DNA of 64,000 nt from Alphaproteobacteria bacterium (lineage in GTDB: Bacteria; Pseudomonadota; Alphaproteobacteria; MPNO01): NCBI GenBank assembly GCA_965203455.1, contig CBDBCV010000015.1, positions 219,359-283,358 on the forward strand, in the 5' to 3' direction. This document shows, piece after piece, positions 30,346-40,101 of the stretch; positions within the stretch are counted from its first letter, which is position 1, and each line of letters starts with the position of its first letter. The notes under the pieces were generated by a model. That model was given only the letters and a program-made list of their open reading frames with translations. It was not told the origin of the DNA and did not search any database. Position numbers and translations under genes: made by a program.

Positions 30346-30986
30346 CGGTGGTCGGCGAACTTGGCGACCAGCGTGTGCGCCACCAGCCCCTCGGTCGGCA
30401 GGCCGCGCGGCACCAGGTATTCCGGCGCCGGCGCCTGGACGCTCTGCTTGCCCTCGCAGGCGCGGCAGATGTATTTCGGCCGGATCGTCACCAGCACTCT
30501 CAACTTCGCCGGCACGATGTCGAGCCGCTCGGTGCGGTCCTCGCCGACCCTGGTCATCGCGCCACAGCCGCAAGGGCACTCCGTGCTCTGCGGCTCGATC
30601 ACCTTCTCGAAGCGTTCAAGGTGCCTGGGCAGATGGCCGAGATTACGATTGGTCGGCTGCGGCTTGCGCCGTTCTCTGCCGGTCGCCGCGTCGGCCTTCT
30701 CCCGGGCTTCCGCCAACATCCCCTCGGCGACCGCGATGTCCTCGAACAGCGGCAGCCGGTCCTGATCGGCATGGCGCTTCTCCGAGCGCGCGCCCCACAC
30801 GGCATGGTTCAGCGAGGCGATGATCCGCTCCAGGCGTTCGCGCGCCTGCTCGGACACAGCCAGCGCATCCTCGGCGGCCTTGCGCTCGGCGCGCTCCTTC
30901 GCAAGTTGGGCTTCGACGGCCGCCAGACGGCGTTGCAGATCGCTCACGGGAACGGCGCTTCCCATGCTTGTTGGCATCGGATCCAT
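30346..30986 (-). pseudogene. tnpC: IS66 TnpC N-terminal exon (identical to the copy D/E N-terminus), interrupted by the intron after ...KFADH
   Basis: The 216-aa translation is identical to residues 1-208 of the 545-aa TnpC of copy D, followed by RVS* read into the intron. Confidence 0.8.
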
Positions 30987-31123
30987 CTTTCAGAATCAAT
31001 GAGATAATGCAAGGCGACCATGCTTCCGGCCCCGCTGTAAACGGGGCCGGACAGCTCGTCCTGGCGACACCGGGGAGACGGTGGGATGGACACCGTTCCC
31101 CGGTGAGGCGACAAGGTGCGCGA

Positions 31124-31477
31124 TCAGGCCGCCTGGCGCGGCCGTGGCCGTCGCACGGCCCGGACCGCCCGCCAATCGAGACCCTCGAACAACGCCGAGA
31201 ACTGCGCTGGCGACAGCCCGATCACTCCATCCGACGGGCGCGGCCACTGGAAGCCGCCGCCCTCCAGGCGCTTGTAGACCATGACCAGCCCGGTGCGGTC
31301 CCAGACCAGGATCTTCATCCTGTCGCCCCGCCTGGAGCGGAAGGCGAAGACCGCGCCGCTATAGGGGTCGTGGCCCAGCACCGTCTGCACCACCGCCGAC
31401 AGCCCGTCATGTCCCTTGCGGAAGTCGACGGGGCGGGTCGCCAGCCAGACCCGCACCTTCTCCCCGGTCAGGATCAT
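31124..31477 (-). CDS. tnpB: IS66 TnpB (Orf2)
   Basis: 117 aa, MILTGEKVRVWLATRPVDFRKGHDGL...; identical to the tnpB of copies D and E. Confidence 0.85.
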   Translation of the reverse strand: MILTGEKVRVWLATRPVDFRKGHDGLSAVVQTVLGHDPYSGAVFAFRSRRGDRMKILVWDRTGLVMVYKRLEGGGFQWPRPSDGVIGLSPAQFSALFEGLDWRAVRAVRRPRPRQAA

Positions 31478-31899
31478 GGCGCGGCCCGAACGCAGACCAG
31501 GATGCGCGACAGGTGCCCCGCGTCGAAGTCCGGCGGCACCACCACCCGGATGTCGGCGATCTCGATCGCGATACCGTCCCCGGGCGCCGATGCCGCGCCG
31601 TTCCGCTCAGCAGCCACCGACACCGTCACCGGGACCAGGCCGAACGGATCGTCGACCGCGCCGGAAACCGGGCCAAGAAGGCCGTCCCGAGCCATGCGCC
31701 GCCAGCCGCTCAACTGCGTCCGCGAAAGGCCGTGGCGCCGGGCAACACCCGCCACCGTCGCTCCCTCCTCGAACGTCTCCGCCACAATCCGCGCCTTCTC
31801 CGCTTCCGGCCACACCCGCGCGCCGTTCGCGCACGTCGCAACCGCAACCGCAGCGTCGGTGGCCTCCTCCGTTACTCGCTCATGCAATCTGTCTGTCAT
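31474..31899 (-). CDS. tnpA: IS66 TnpA (Orf1, HTH)
   Basis: 141 aa. HTH segment ATVAGVARRHGLSRTQLSGWRR. Identical to copies C and E; 1 aa different in D. Confidence 0.85.
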   Translation of the reverse strand: MTDRLHERVTEEATDAAVAVATCANGARVWPEAEKARIVAETFEEGATVAGVARRHGLSRTQLSGWRRMARDGLLGPVSGAVDDPFGLVPVTVSVAAERNGAASAPGDGIAIEIADIRVVVPPDFDAGHLSRILVCVRAAP

Positions 31900-31978
31900 C
31901 TGTCACCTCCGTCGTTGACAAGGGCCAGATGAACACGAAAATCTCAGGTCACAACGAGGGTGACGGCGCGGCGCTTAC

Positions 31979-32058
31979 TTGCGAAGCGCCGGAGGCTTGC
32001 GCTTCATGATCGCGCCGCCCCCCAGATGGGTCTCCACAAAAACGTCGTGCGGCGGCAT
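31979..32058 (-). pseudogene. Putative N-terminal fragment of an N6-adenine DNA methyltransferase, truncated by the IS66 copy B left end
   Basis: Minus-strand translation MPPHDVFVETHLGGGAIMKRKP resembles motif I (ExFxGGGA) of D12-class MTases. Only about 27 codons remain before the IS terminus, so this is weak. Confidence 0.3.
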
Positions 32059-32234
32059 CAGGCTCACGATCGCCTGGCAAAGCCCCGTCGTCGCCTTCGA
32101 TCCGTACCATGCCGCCATCGCCGCCCCCGACGCGCTTCGCCCGGACGGCCGGTCTATAGGGCGGACGGCCTATGGTGTCAAACGAAAATCCGTCCCAAAT
32201 CCAAAATCGACGCCGTGGTTTAACCGCTTACCCA

Positions 32235-32820
32235 CCGCCGACAGCCCGTCATGTCCCTTGCGGAAGTCGACGGGGCGGGTCGCCAGCCAGACCCGCACCT
32301 TCTCCCCGGTCAGGATCATGGCGCGGCCCGAACGCAGACCAGGATGCGCGACAGGTGCCCCGCGTCGAAGTCCGGCGGCACCACCACCCGGATGTCGGCG
32401 ATCTCGATCGCGATACCGTCCCCGGGCGCCGATGCCGCGCCGTTCCGCTCAGCAGCCACCGACACCGTCACCGGGACCAGGCCGAACGGATCGTCGACCG
32501 CGCCGGAAACCGGGCCAAGAAGGCCGTCCCGAGCCATGCGCCGCCAGCCGCTCAACTGCGTCCGCGAAAGGCCGTGGCGCCGGGCAACACCCGCCACCGT
32601 CGCTCCCTCCTCGAACGTCTCCGCCACAATCCGCGCCTTCTCCGCTTCCGGCCACACCCGCGCGCCGTTCGCGCACGTCGCAACCGCAACCGCAGCGTCG
32701 GTGGCCTCCTCCGTTACTCGCTCATGCAATCTGTCTGTCATCTGTCACCTCCGTCGTTGACAAGGGCCAGATGAACACGAAAATCTCAGGTCACAACGAG
32801 GGTGACGGCGCGGCGCTTAC
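32235..32820 (-). mobile_element. IS66 copy C: a 586-bp left-end fragment (IRL, tnpA, first third of tnpB), truncated inside tnpB
   Basis: Sequence identical to 31392..31978 of copy B including the terminal GTAAGCGCCGCGCC (ends 32820). Breaks at 32235, directly abutting ...GGTTTAACCGCTTAC. Confidence 0.75.
32316..32741 (-). CDS. tnpA: IS66 TnpA (in fragment C)
   Basis: Identical 141-aa protein. Confidence 0.85.
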   Translation of the reverse strand: MTDRLHERVTEEATDAAVAVATCANGARVWPEAEKARIVAETFEEGATVAGVARRHGLSRTQLSGWRRMARDGLLGPVSGAVDDPFGLVPVTVSVAAERNGAASAPGDGIAIEIADIRVVVPPDFDAGHLSRILVCVRAAP

Positions 32821-32890
32821 CGACGTGGCACCGCAGCCCCCTAAGATAGTGTCCATTAGCCGATAATGGACACTATCGACCTCTGGAACC

Positions 32891-33598
32891 TCACCACAGA
32901 CTGCGGCTCCAAGCCGTCTCGCCACAAGGGCGGTCACGCCAGACGCTTACCGTGCATCCAGCCGCCGGTGTAATACTCCGCCTCGACCCGCGCCCGGCCC
33001 CAGAAGCGCACCGCGATCTCCTGCTGGGTGAGCCCCTCCGCCTGGCCCGCCAGCGCCGCCAGCAGTTCGCCGTCCCCCGTGCCCCTCCCTGCCGAGGGGC
33101 CGGGCCGTCCGGCCAGGCGTCCTCGATGCGCGCCACCTCGCGCACCAGCACCAGGCGCAGCCCGCCGTCTTCGGGGAACACCGTGGCGGGCGGAAGCCGG
33201 ACCTGCACCGACCGCCCGTCGCGCTCGATCCGGAGCATCAGCCCGCCGTCCGCCAGACGCAGCCCGGAGAGCGACGCCCCGCCCTCGTCAGCCAGCCGGA
33301 CCAGCGGCGGCGCGTCCCGCGTCACCCGGCCCTCGACCACCCCGGCCCGCGCCCAGAAGGGCGCCAGCGGGCGCGCTCCGTGCGGGTCCTCCCAGGCCGC
33401 CATGCCCCAGGACGGCGCCGCCAGGTCGGCCGCCGTCTGCAAGCGCACCGGGAAGGGCGCCCGCTCCGGCAGGCCGGGCGGCGGCCGCCGCCGCGCCCAC
33501 GCCTCGCGGTAGCCCCTGCTGGCCCGCAGAAAGCGCCAGGCCCGCACCCCGTCCCAGCCGCCGGCCCGCGGCGCCACCGTCGGCATCCCCCGCCGCAC
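32891..33598 (-). CDS. DUF6499/DUF2285-type putative regulator typical of alphaproteobacterial integrative elements
   Basis: N-terminal motif WDGVRAWRFLRASRGYREAWARR resembles the conserved AWEFLRRNPxYR signature of DUF6499/DUF2285 proteins. Homology is modest. Confidence 0.45.
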   Translation of the reverse strand: MRRGMPTVAPRAGGWDGVRAWRFLRASRGYREAWARRRPPPGLPERAPFPVRLQTAADLAAPSWGMAAWEDPHGARPLAPFWARAGVVEGRVTRDAPPLVRLADEGGASLSGLRLADGGLMLRIERDGRSVQVRLPPATVFPEDGGLRLVLVREVARIEDAWPDGPAPRQGGARGTANCWRRWRARRRGSPSRRSRCASGAGRGSRRSITPAAGCTVSVWRDRPCGETAWSRSLW

Positions 33599-33607
33599 CG
33601 CCGCCGC

Positions 33608-34567
33608 TCACGGCGCGCGCCTTGCGCCGAAGGCGCCGAGCCAGTCCGCGGTATCGAACACGCCGTACGCCTCCTGGTGGGCCGGGCCGTGGAAGCGGCC
33701 TTCGAGCCGGTCGGTCCCGGCCGTCCCGGCGGCGAACCGCCCCCCGGCGAGCGGCATGTCTGTCCATTTCAGCGGCGCCTCGACGCCGTCGAGGGCGATG
33801 TCGACATCGACCCGGGGCCGCGACAGGTCTTCGATGGTCAGCGTCGCCGTGCCCGCGACCCGCTCGAACGCCCCCGTCGGGCTCGCCTCGGCGATGCCGG
33901 TCCAGGTCGCGCGCCCGGTTCCCGCCGGATTGCCGCCGGCGGCCGCGCCCGCCGCCCAGGCCCGCGCCAGCGTGAACGTGCCGGTCATCGCCGTTTCCCC
34001 GATCTCCGCCGACAGCGGGCCCGTGCCGAGGGTCAGGGCCGCGAAGCCGTGCGCGCCCCAGAACCCCCAGCTCGTCGCCTGCGGCGAGACGGTCACCGTC
34101 AGGTCGGGCAGCGTCTCCGCGACCGCGAAGCCGCCGACGGCCTTCACCGTATCGAACCCGCCCCTCTCGCCAATCGCCGCCGTGCCCGAACCGATACCTC
34201 CGTCCCCGGAGAGGTCGAGCAGGTCCCGCGCCGCCAGCGCCGCGCCGTCCGCCGCCATGCAGCGCGCCCCCGAACAGGTCACAGGCTCGACGAACGCGTC
34301 GTCGATGTCGTCCTCCCCCTCGGCGGAGAGCGACCAGCGCGCGTGAAGCCCGGTCATCGCCAGGGTGTCGGCGCCCTCGCGCAGCGTTTCGAGCCGGGCC
34401 AGGGGCGTCTCCCCGGAGTCCGGCGGCGTCCCGGGGCCGCCGGTGACCGGGGCGCCGCCGCCGCCGCCGCAGGCGGCGAGCATGAGCGCGGCCGCCGCGA
34501 ACGCCGCAGTGCGCAGGGGTGCGCCGTTCAGCGCGAACACGCTTCCCTTCCTCGTCATCGTCCGCAC
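33608..34567 (-). CDS. Surface lipoprotein with a TbpB/fHbp-like C-terminal beta-barrel (Slam-dependent lipoprotein type)
   Basis: Lipobox LMLAAC. C-terminal pattern ...GTATLTIEDLSRPRVDVDIALDGVEAPLKWTDMPLAGGRFAAGTAGTDRLEGRFHGPAHQEAYGVFDTADWLGAFGARR is typical of TbpB_B_D/fHbp lipid-anchored barrels. Confidence 0.55.
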   Translation of the reverse strand: MRTMTRKGSVFALNGAPLRTAAFAAAALMLAACGGGGGAPVTGGPGTPPDSGETPLARLETLREGADTLAMTGLHARWSLSAEGEDDIDDAFVEPVTCSGARCMAADGAALAARDLLDLSGDGGIGSGTAAIGERGGFDTVKAVGGFAVAETLPDLTVTVSPQATSWGFWGAHGFAALTLGTGPLSAEIGETAMTGTFTLARAWAAGAAAGGNPAGTGRATWTGIAEASPTGAFERVAGTATLTIEDLSRPRVDVDIALDGVEAPLKWTDMPLAGGRFAAGTAGTDRLEGRFHGPAHQEAYGVFDTADWLGAFGARRAP

Positions 34568-37028
34568 CCCGCTCAGTACCGCAGCGTCAGGTCGAGCCTG
34601 ATCGTCTGCTCCGGCCCGGACGCGCCGCCCTCGCGGTGCTCGCCCGCAAGCTCCACCGCCATGTCGGCGCGATGGGTATCGAACCGGGTCCCGAGCCGCA
34701 GCCGCCGGCTGTCGTCCCCTGCAAGCCCGGTCTCGGCAAACGGCGTCAGCAGGCCGTACGGCGTCAGGCCGAGGCCGTAGCCGATGCGGGCGTCAAGGGC
34801 CGCATCGGTGCCTGCGGCACTGTCCGCCGCCGGCAGCGCGTCGCGCCACAGCGCCTCGGCGCCGCCCGCCTCCGCGCCCCAGCGCGGGCTCAGCATCAGC
34901 GACAGGCCGCGCCCCTCGGCCCCCGGGCCGACCCGCGCCGTCACGCTGATGCCTTTCTCCTCGGCGCCGTCTTCCGTATGCGCCGCCAGCCACCGGCCCC
35001 GCGCCTCGACCTGCACCCGCGGCGCCGTCCAGCGCACGCCGCCGGCGATCTCCAGACCGGTCCCGGTCAGCCCGTCGCCGCCGTCCCGGCGCGCCGCCGC
35101 CTCCACGAACGGGGTCAGCGCCGTGGCGTCGTCGAGGGCGAAGCGCCGCGACGCCTCCATCCCGGCCCGCAGCCGCCAGCTGTCCGCCGTCAGACCATGG
35201 ACAGGGTCCGGACCCTCTTCCGTCTCCATCCGCGTCATGCTGGCATCCGCCCGCGCCGCCAGGTCGATCCCGGCCACCGGCGGCAGGGCGTGGCGCAGGC
35301 CCAGCGACGCCATCCGCATCGCGAGGTCGCCGGTCTCTTCCGTCTCGTCCTCCAGCCGGTGGCGCGCCTCGCCCCAGCCGGCGCCGAGCACGCCGCGCAG
35401 TTCCAGCCCCTCCGACACCGTCCAGCGCCCGTAGGGATACACCGCCGTCAGCTCGGTCTCCAGGCGGCCCGTCTCGCCGCCGTCGAGGCCGTAGTCCGCC
35501 TCGCCGGTGCCATGGCTCACCGCAAGCCCCGCCACCCAGGCCCCGGCCCGCGCGTCGATCCCCAGCCAGCCGGTGCGCATCTCGCCGTCGTAATGCATCC
35601 CGTCGGGATGCCCCGCGAAGGTCCCGTAGTCGCCCCGGCCCCACACCGCCCAGCGCGGCGCATGCGGGTCATGGCCCGCCTCGCCCTCGGCCGCGCCCAG
35701 GCCCAGCGAGAAGGCGCTCGCGTTCAGCAGCTGGTCCGACCCCACGGTCCGGCTCCCGGCACCGCCGCAGTCCGCGGTTGCGGCCCCGAGGCCGGTCCCG
35801 CCGAGGCCGTGGCGCCACGGGTCGCCGGCCGCGCAGGCGCCGCCCGCCAGGCTCGTCCCGGCACCGGACACGGCGAGCGGCACCGTCTCGCCGGCCAGGG
35901 TCAGGCCGCTCATCGGCGCCTCCGCCGTCAGACGCGCCCCGATATTGTCCAGCGCCCCGGTCAGCGCCCGCCGCGCCACCGCCGCCAGCGTGCGCCGCAC
36001 CGTCTGCTTCACCAGCGCCGTGCGCGCATTCTCCACCCTCACCTCGAAGGTCAGGATCGCCGCGTCCGCCTCGGTGCGGTTCGAATCCGCATCGTCCGCC
36101 CGCCAGGTGAAGGTCCAGCTGCCGCTCTCCGGAGGCGTACCCGAGAGACGCCGCGCCGCCATGTCGAACATGAGGCCCGCCAGGCCCGCAGGTTCTGAGG
36201 TCAGGGTGTAGGTGAGCGTGCCGTTGCCTCCGGTCGCCTCGGGCAGCGTCACCGCCGTCATCGCCGCGCCCGGGGCCAGATCCAGCGCCGATACCGAGGC
36301 GTCGCCGAAAGTCGGTGTCTCGTCCCGCACCGTCACCGTGAATGTCAGGATCGCCGCATCCGTCTCCGACCGGTTGCCGTCGGCATCGTCCGCCCGGTAC
36401 GTGAACGTCCAGCTGCCGCTCTCCGTCGGGGGCGTGCCCGAAAGCTGCCGCGTCTCCGGATCGAACGCGAGGCCCGCCAGACCTTGCGGAACCGAGGTCA
36501 GGGTGTAGGTCAGCGCCCCGTTGCCGCCCGTCGCCTCGGGCAGCACCACCGCCGTCATCGCCGCGCCCGGGGCCAGGTCCAGTGCCGGTACCGAGGCCTC
36601 GCCGAAAGTCGGCGCCTCGTCGCGCACCGTCACCGTGAAGGTCAGGATCGCCGCATCCGCCTCCGTCCGGTTGCTGTCGGCATCGTCGGCCCGGTATGTG
36701 AACGTCCAGCTGCCGATCTCCGGAGGCGTGCCCGAGAGCCGCCGCGTCGCCGGGTCGAAGGCAAGGCCGGCCAGGCCCGTGGGCGCCGAGGTCAGGGTGT
36801 AGCTCAGCGCCCCGTTGCCGCCCGTCGCCTCGGGCAGCACCACCGCCGTCATCGCCGCGCCCGGGGCCAGGTCCAGCGCCGTCACCGGTGCGTCGCCGAA
36901 CACCGGCGCCGCATCGCCCACCTTCACCCACACCGAGGCCGTGTCGGTCGTAAGCGCCGCGCCGTCACCCTCGTTGTGACCTGAGATTTTCGTGTTCATC
37001 TGGCCCTTGTCAACGACGGAGGTGACAG

Positions 37029-37454
37029 ATGACAGACAGATTGCATGAGCGAGTAACGGAGGAGGCCACCGACGCTGCGGTTGCGGTTGCGACGTGCGCG
37101 AACGGCGCGCGGGTGTGGCCGGAAGCGGAGAAGGCGCGGATTGTGGCGGAGACGTTCGAGGAGGGAGCGACGGTGGCGGGTGTTGCCCGGCGCCACGGCC
37201 TTTCGCGGACGCAGTTGAGCGGCTGGCGGCGCATGGCTCGGGACGGCCTTCTTGGCCCGGTTTCCGGCGCGGTCGACGATCCGTTCGGCCTGGTCCCGGT
37301 GACGGTGTCGGTGGCTGCTGAGCGGAACGGCGCGGCATCGGCGCCCGGGGACGGTATCGCGATCGCGATCGCCGACATCCGGGTGGTGGTGCCGCCGGAC
37401 TTCGACGCGGGGCACCTGTCGCGCATCCTGGTCTGCGTTCGGGCCGCGCCATGA
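37029..37454 (+). CDS. tnpA: IS66 TnpA (Orf1)
   Basis: 141 aa; 1 aa different from the other copies (IAIAIADI). Confidence 0.85.
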   Translation: MTDRLHERVTEEATDAAVAVATCANGARVWPEAEKARIVAETFEEGATVAGVARRHGLSRTQLSGWRRMARDGLLGPVSGAVDDPFGLVPVTVSVAAERNGAASAPGDGIAIAIADIRVVVPPDFDAGHLSRILVCVRAAP

Positions 37455-37804
37455 TCCTGACCGGGGAGAAGGTGCGGGTCTGGCTGGCGACCCGCCCCGT
37501 CGACTTCCGCAAGGGACATGACGGGCTGTCGGCGGTGGTGCAGACGGTGCTGGGCCACGACCCCTATAGCGGCGCGGTCTTCGCCTTCCGCTCCAGGCGG
37601 GGCGACAGGATGAAGATCCTGGTCTGGGACCGCACCGGGCTGGTCATGGTCTACAAGCGCCTGGAGGGCGGCGGCTTCCAGTGGCCGCGCCCGTCGGATG
37701 GAGTGATCGGGCTGTCGCCAGCGCAGTTCTCGGCGTTGTTCGAGGGTCTCGATTGGCGGGCGGTCCGGGCCGTGCGACGGCCACGGCCGCGCCAGGCGGC
37801 CTGA
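37451..37804 (+). CDS. tnpB: IS66 TnpB (Orf2)
   Basis: 117 aa, identical to other copies. ATGA overlap with tnpA. Confidence 0.85.
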   Translation: MILTGEKVRVWLATRPVDFRKGHDGLSAVVQTVLGHDPYSGAVFAFRSRRGDRMKILVWDRTGLVMVYKRLEGGGFQWPRPSDGVIGLSPAQFSALFEGLDWRAVRAVRRPRPRQAA

Positions 37805-37941
37805 TCGCGCACCTTGTCGCCTCACCGGGGAACGGTGTCCATCCCACCGTCTCCCCGGTGTCGCCAGGACGAGCTGTCCGGCCCCGTTTACAGCGGGGCC
37901 GGAAGCATGGTCGCCTTGCATTATCTCATTGATTCTGAAAG

Positions 37942-39579
37942 ATGGATCCGATGCCAACAAGCATGGGAAGCGCCGTTCCCGTGAGCGATCTGCAACGCCG
38001 TCTGGCGGCCGTCGAAGCCCAACTTGCGAAGGAGCGCGCCGAGCGCAAGGCCGCCGAGGATGCGCTGGCTGTGTCCGAGCAGGCGCGCGAACGCCTGGAG
38101 CGGATCATCGCCTCGCTGAACCATGCCGTGTGGGGCGCGCGCTCGGAGAAGCGCCATGCCGATCAGGACCGGCTGCCGCTGTTCGAGGACATCGCGGTCG
38201 CCGAGGGGATGTTGGCGGAAGCCCGGGAGAAGGCCGACGCGGCGACCGGCAGAGAACGGCGCAAGCCGCAGCCGACCAATCGTAATCTCGGCCATCTGCC
38301 CAGGCACCTTGAACGCTTCGAGAAGGTGATCGAGCCGCAGAGCACGGAGTGCCCTTGCGGCTGTGGCGCGATGACCAGGGTCGGCGAGGACCGCACCGAG
38401 CGGCTCGACATCGTGCCGGCGAAGTTGAGAGTGCTGGTGACGATCCGGCCGAAATACATCTGCCGCGCCTGCGAGGGCAAGCAGAGCGTCCAGGCGCCGG
38501 CGCCGGAATACCTGGTGCCGCGCGGCCTGCCGACCGAGGGGCTGGTGGCGCACACGCTGGTCGCCAAGTTCGCCGACCACCAACCGTTCTACCGTCAGAG
38601 CGAGGCATACCGGCGCGAGGGGATCGACCTCGACCGCACCATGCTGGGGAACTGGGCGGGGCGCGGGATGCAGGTGCTGGCCCCGGTGATCGACCGGATG
38701 ATCGAGCACCTCAAGGCGTCGGACGGTCTGTTCATGGACGAGACCACGGTGCCGGTGATGGCGCCGGGGACCGGCAAGACGCGCCTCGACTATCTGTGGG
38801 CGATCGCCCGCGATCAGCGCGGCTATGGCGGGGTCGACCCGCCGATCGTGGTGTTCCACCACTCGCGCCATCGAAGTGCGAAGGTCGCTCTGGAGTTGAT
38901 GCGGGGCTACACCGGCGGCGGCCCGCTGCATGTGGACGGCTACAGGGTGTACGATGCGCTCGGCGATCCGAAGCAGACGGTCAGCCCATGGGTGCTCGCC
39001 TACTGCTGGACCCACTGGCGGAGACGCTTCGTCGACTTCCAGCGCGCCACGGAGTCGCCCCTGTGCGAGGAAATCCTCGCACGGATCGCGGCGCTCTACC
39101 GGATCGAGACCATGGTGCGCGGTCACCCGCCAGAGCTGCGGCTGAAGGCGCGGCAGGAGTTGTCGGCGCCGATCGTCGAGGCCATGCGGCCCTGGCTCGA
39201 GGCCCGGCTCGACCGTCTGTCCAGCGCGTCCGAACTCGCCAGGCACATCCGCTACGCCCTCAAGCGCTGGGATGGCCTGTGCCGGTTCCTCCATGACGGA
39301 CGTATCGAGATGGACACCAACCCTGTCGAGAACCTCATCCGTCCGGTGAAGCTCACAAAGAAAAACGCGCTGTTCGCCGGCAGCGACGACGGCGCCAGGA
39401 CCTGGGCGCGGTGCGCCAGCCTGATCGGCACCTGCAAGCTCAACGGCGTCAATCCGCAGGTCTACCTGACCGACACCCTGCGCCGGATCATCGACATGCA
39501 CCCCCTGTCACGCATCGACGAACTCATGCCCTGGAACTTCGACCCGAAAATCCCGGGCCTCACACGTCAACAAGGGTAA
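37942..39579 (+). CDS. tnpC: IS66 transposase TnpC, intact 545 aa (intron-less allele)
   Basis: N-terminal leucine zipper and zinc finger (CPCGCG...CRACEG). DDE domain (...FMDETTV...HVDGYRVY...NPVENLIRP...). The uninterrupted site reads ...KFADHQPFYRQ... Confidence 0.9.
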   Translation: MDPMPTSMGSAVPVSDLQRRLAAVEAQLAKERAERKAAEDALAVSEQARERLERIIASLNHAVWGARSEKRHADQDRLPLFEDIAVAEGMLAEAREKADAATGRERRKPQPTNRNLGHLPRHLERFEKVIEPQSTECPCGCGAMTRVGEDRTERLDIVPAKLRVLVTIRPKYICRACEGKQSVQAPAPEYLVPRGLPTEGLVAHTLVAKFADHQPFYRQSEAYRREGIDLDRTMLGNWAGRGMQVLAPVIDRMIEHLKASDGLFMDETTVPVMAPGTGKTRLDYLWAIARDQRGYGGVDPPIVVFHHSRHRSAKVALELMRGYTGGGPLHVDGYRVYDALGDPKQTVSPWVLAYCWTHWRRRFVDFQRATESPLCEEILARIAALYRIETMVRGHPPELRLKARQELSAPIVEAMRPWLEARLDRLSSASELARHIRYALKRWDGLCRFLHDGRIEMDTNPVENLIRPVKLTKKNALFAGSDDGARTWARCASLIGTCKLNGVNPQVYLTDTLRRIIDMHPLSRIDELMPWNFDPKIPGLTRQQG

Positions 39580-40101
39580 CCGCGCGGCGCTTACTGTCGG
39601 TCTTCCCCTCCGGGTCGGTCACCGTGAGGCGGAACACCAGGATGTCCAGAGTGTACGGCCCGGCCGGTGCCGTGAACGTCGGCCGCGCCGTGTCCGCGCC
39701 CTCGAGCGCCACTGCCGTCCGGTAGATACCGCTCCACCCCAGCACCTGCCTCCAGGAATACCTCAGTTCGCCCCCGTCCGGGTCCGTGCTCTCCGAACCG
39801 TCCAGCCTCACCCGCGCCCCCGGCGCGGCATCGATCTCCGCCCCGGCATCCGCCCGCGGCGTGCCGGGGGGCGGGGTGTAGCTGGGGGTGGAGGTGGTGG
39901 GCGTGGTGGAGACGCTCCCCGTCGTCGTGCCGGCGGCGGTTGCGAAGGCGCTGCCGGGGCAGTTGGCGCCCTGTTCGCCGACCGTGGCCTGAAGCCGCAC
40001 CTGATAGGCCGTGCCGGCCTCCAGTCCGCTGATCGTGTAGCTGGTCGCGCCGGCGCTCGAGATCGTGACCGGGGTCCAGCTTCCCCGTAAGCGCCGCGCG
40101 G

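Larger units (their letters stand above)
27429..31978 (-). mobile_element. IS66-family element copy B, chimeric and intron-containing: tnpA, tnpB and the tnpC 5' part are identical to copies D and E; a group II intron follows; the tnpC 3' part and terminal IR come from a different IS66 lineage; no TSD
   Basis: Left IR GTAAGCGCCGCGCCGTCACCC ends at 31978. Right IR GTAAGCGGTGTTCAGACCCC begins at 27429. 8-bp flanks differ (GTTTCGTG and TTGCGAAG). The C-terminal TnpC sequence differs from copies D and E, while the N-terminal 216 aa are identical. Confidence 0.7.
36950..39594 (+). mobile_element. IS66-family element copy D (2645 bp, complete, intron-less) with 8-bp TSD TGTCGGTC
   Basis: IRL GTAAGCGCCGCGCCGTCACCCTCGTTG. 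IRR ...CAACAAGGGTAACCGCGCGGCGCTTAC. Identical 8-bp direct repeats at 36942..36949 and 39595..39602. tnpA-tnpB-tnpC are intact. Confidence 0.9.

Noticed and set aside
33028-34346. Several long plus-strand ORFs opposite the TbpB-like lipoprotein and DUF2285 genes
   Set aside because: They are antisense to better-supported minus-strand genes and their low-complexity P/A/R-rich translations mark them as artefacts.
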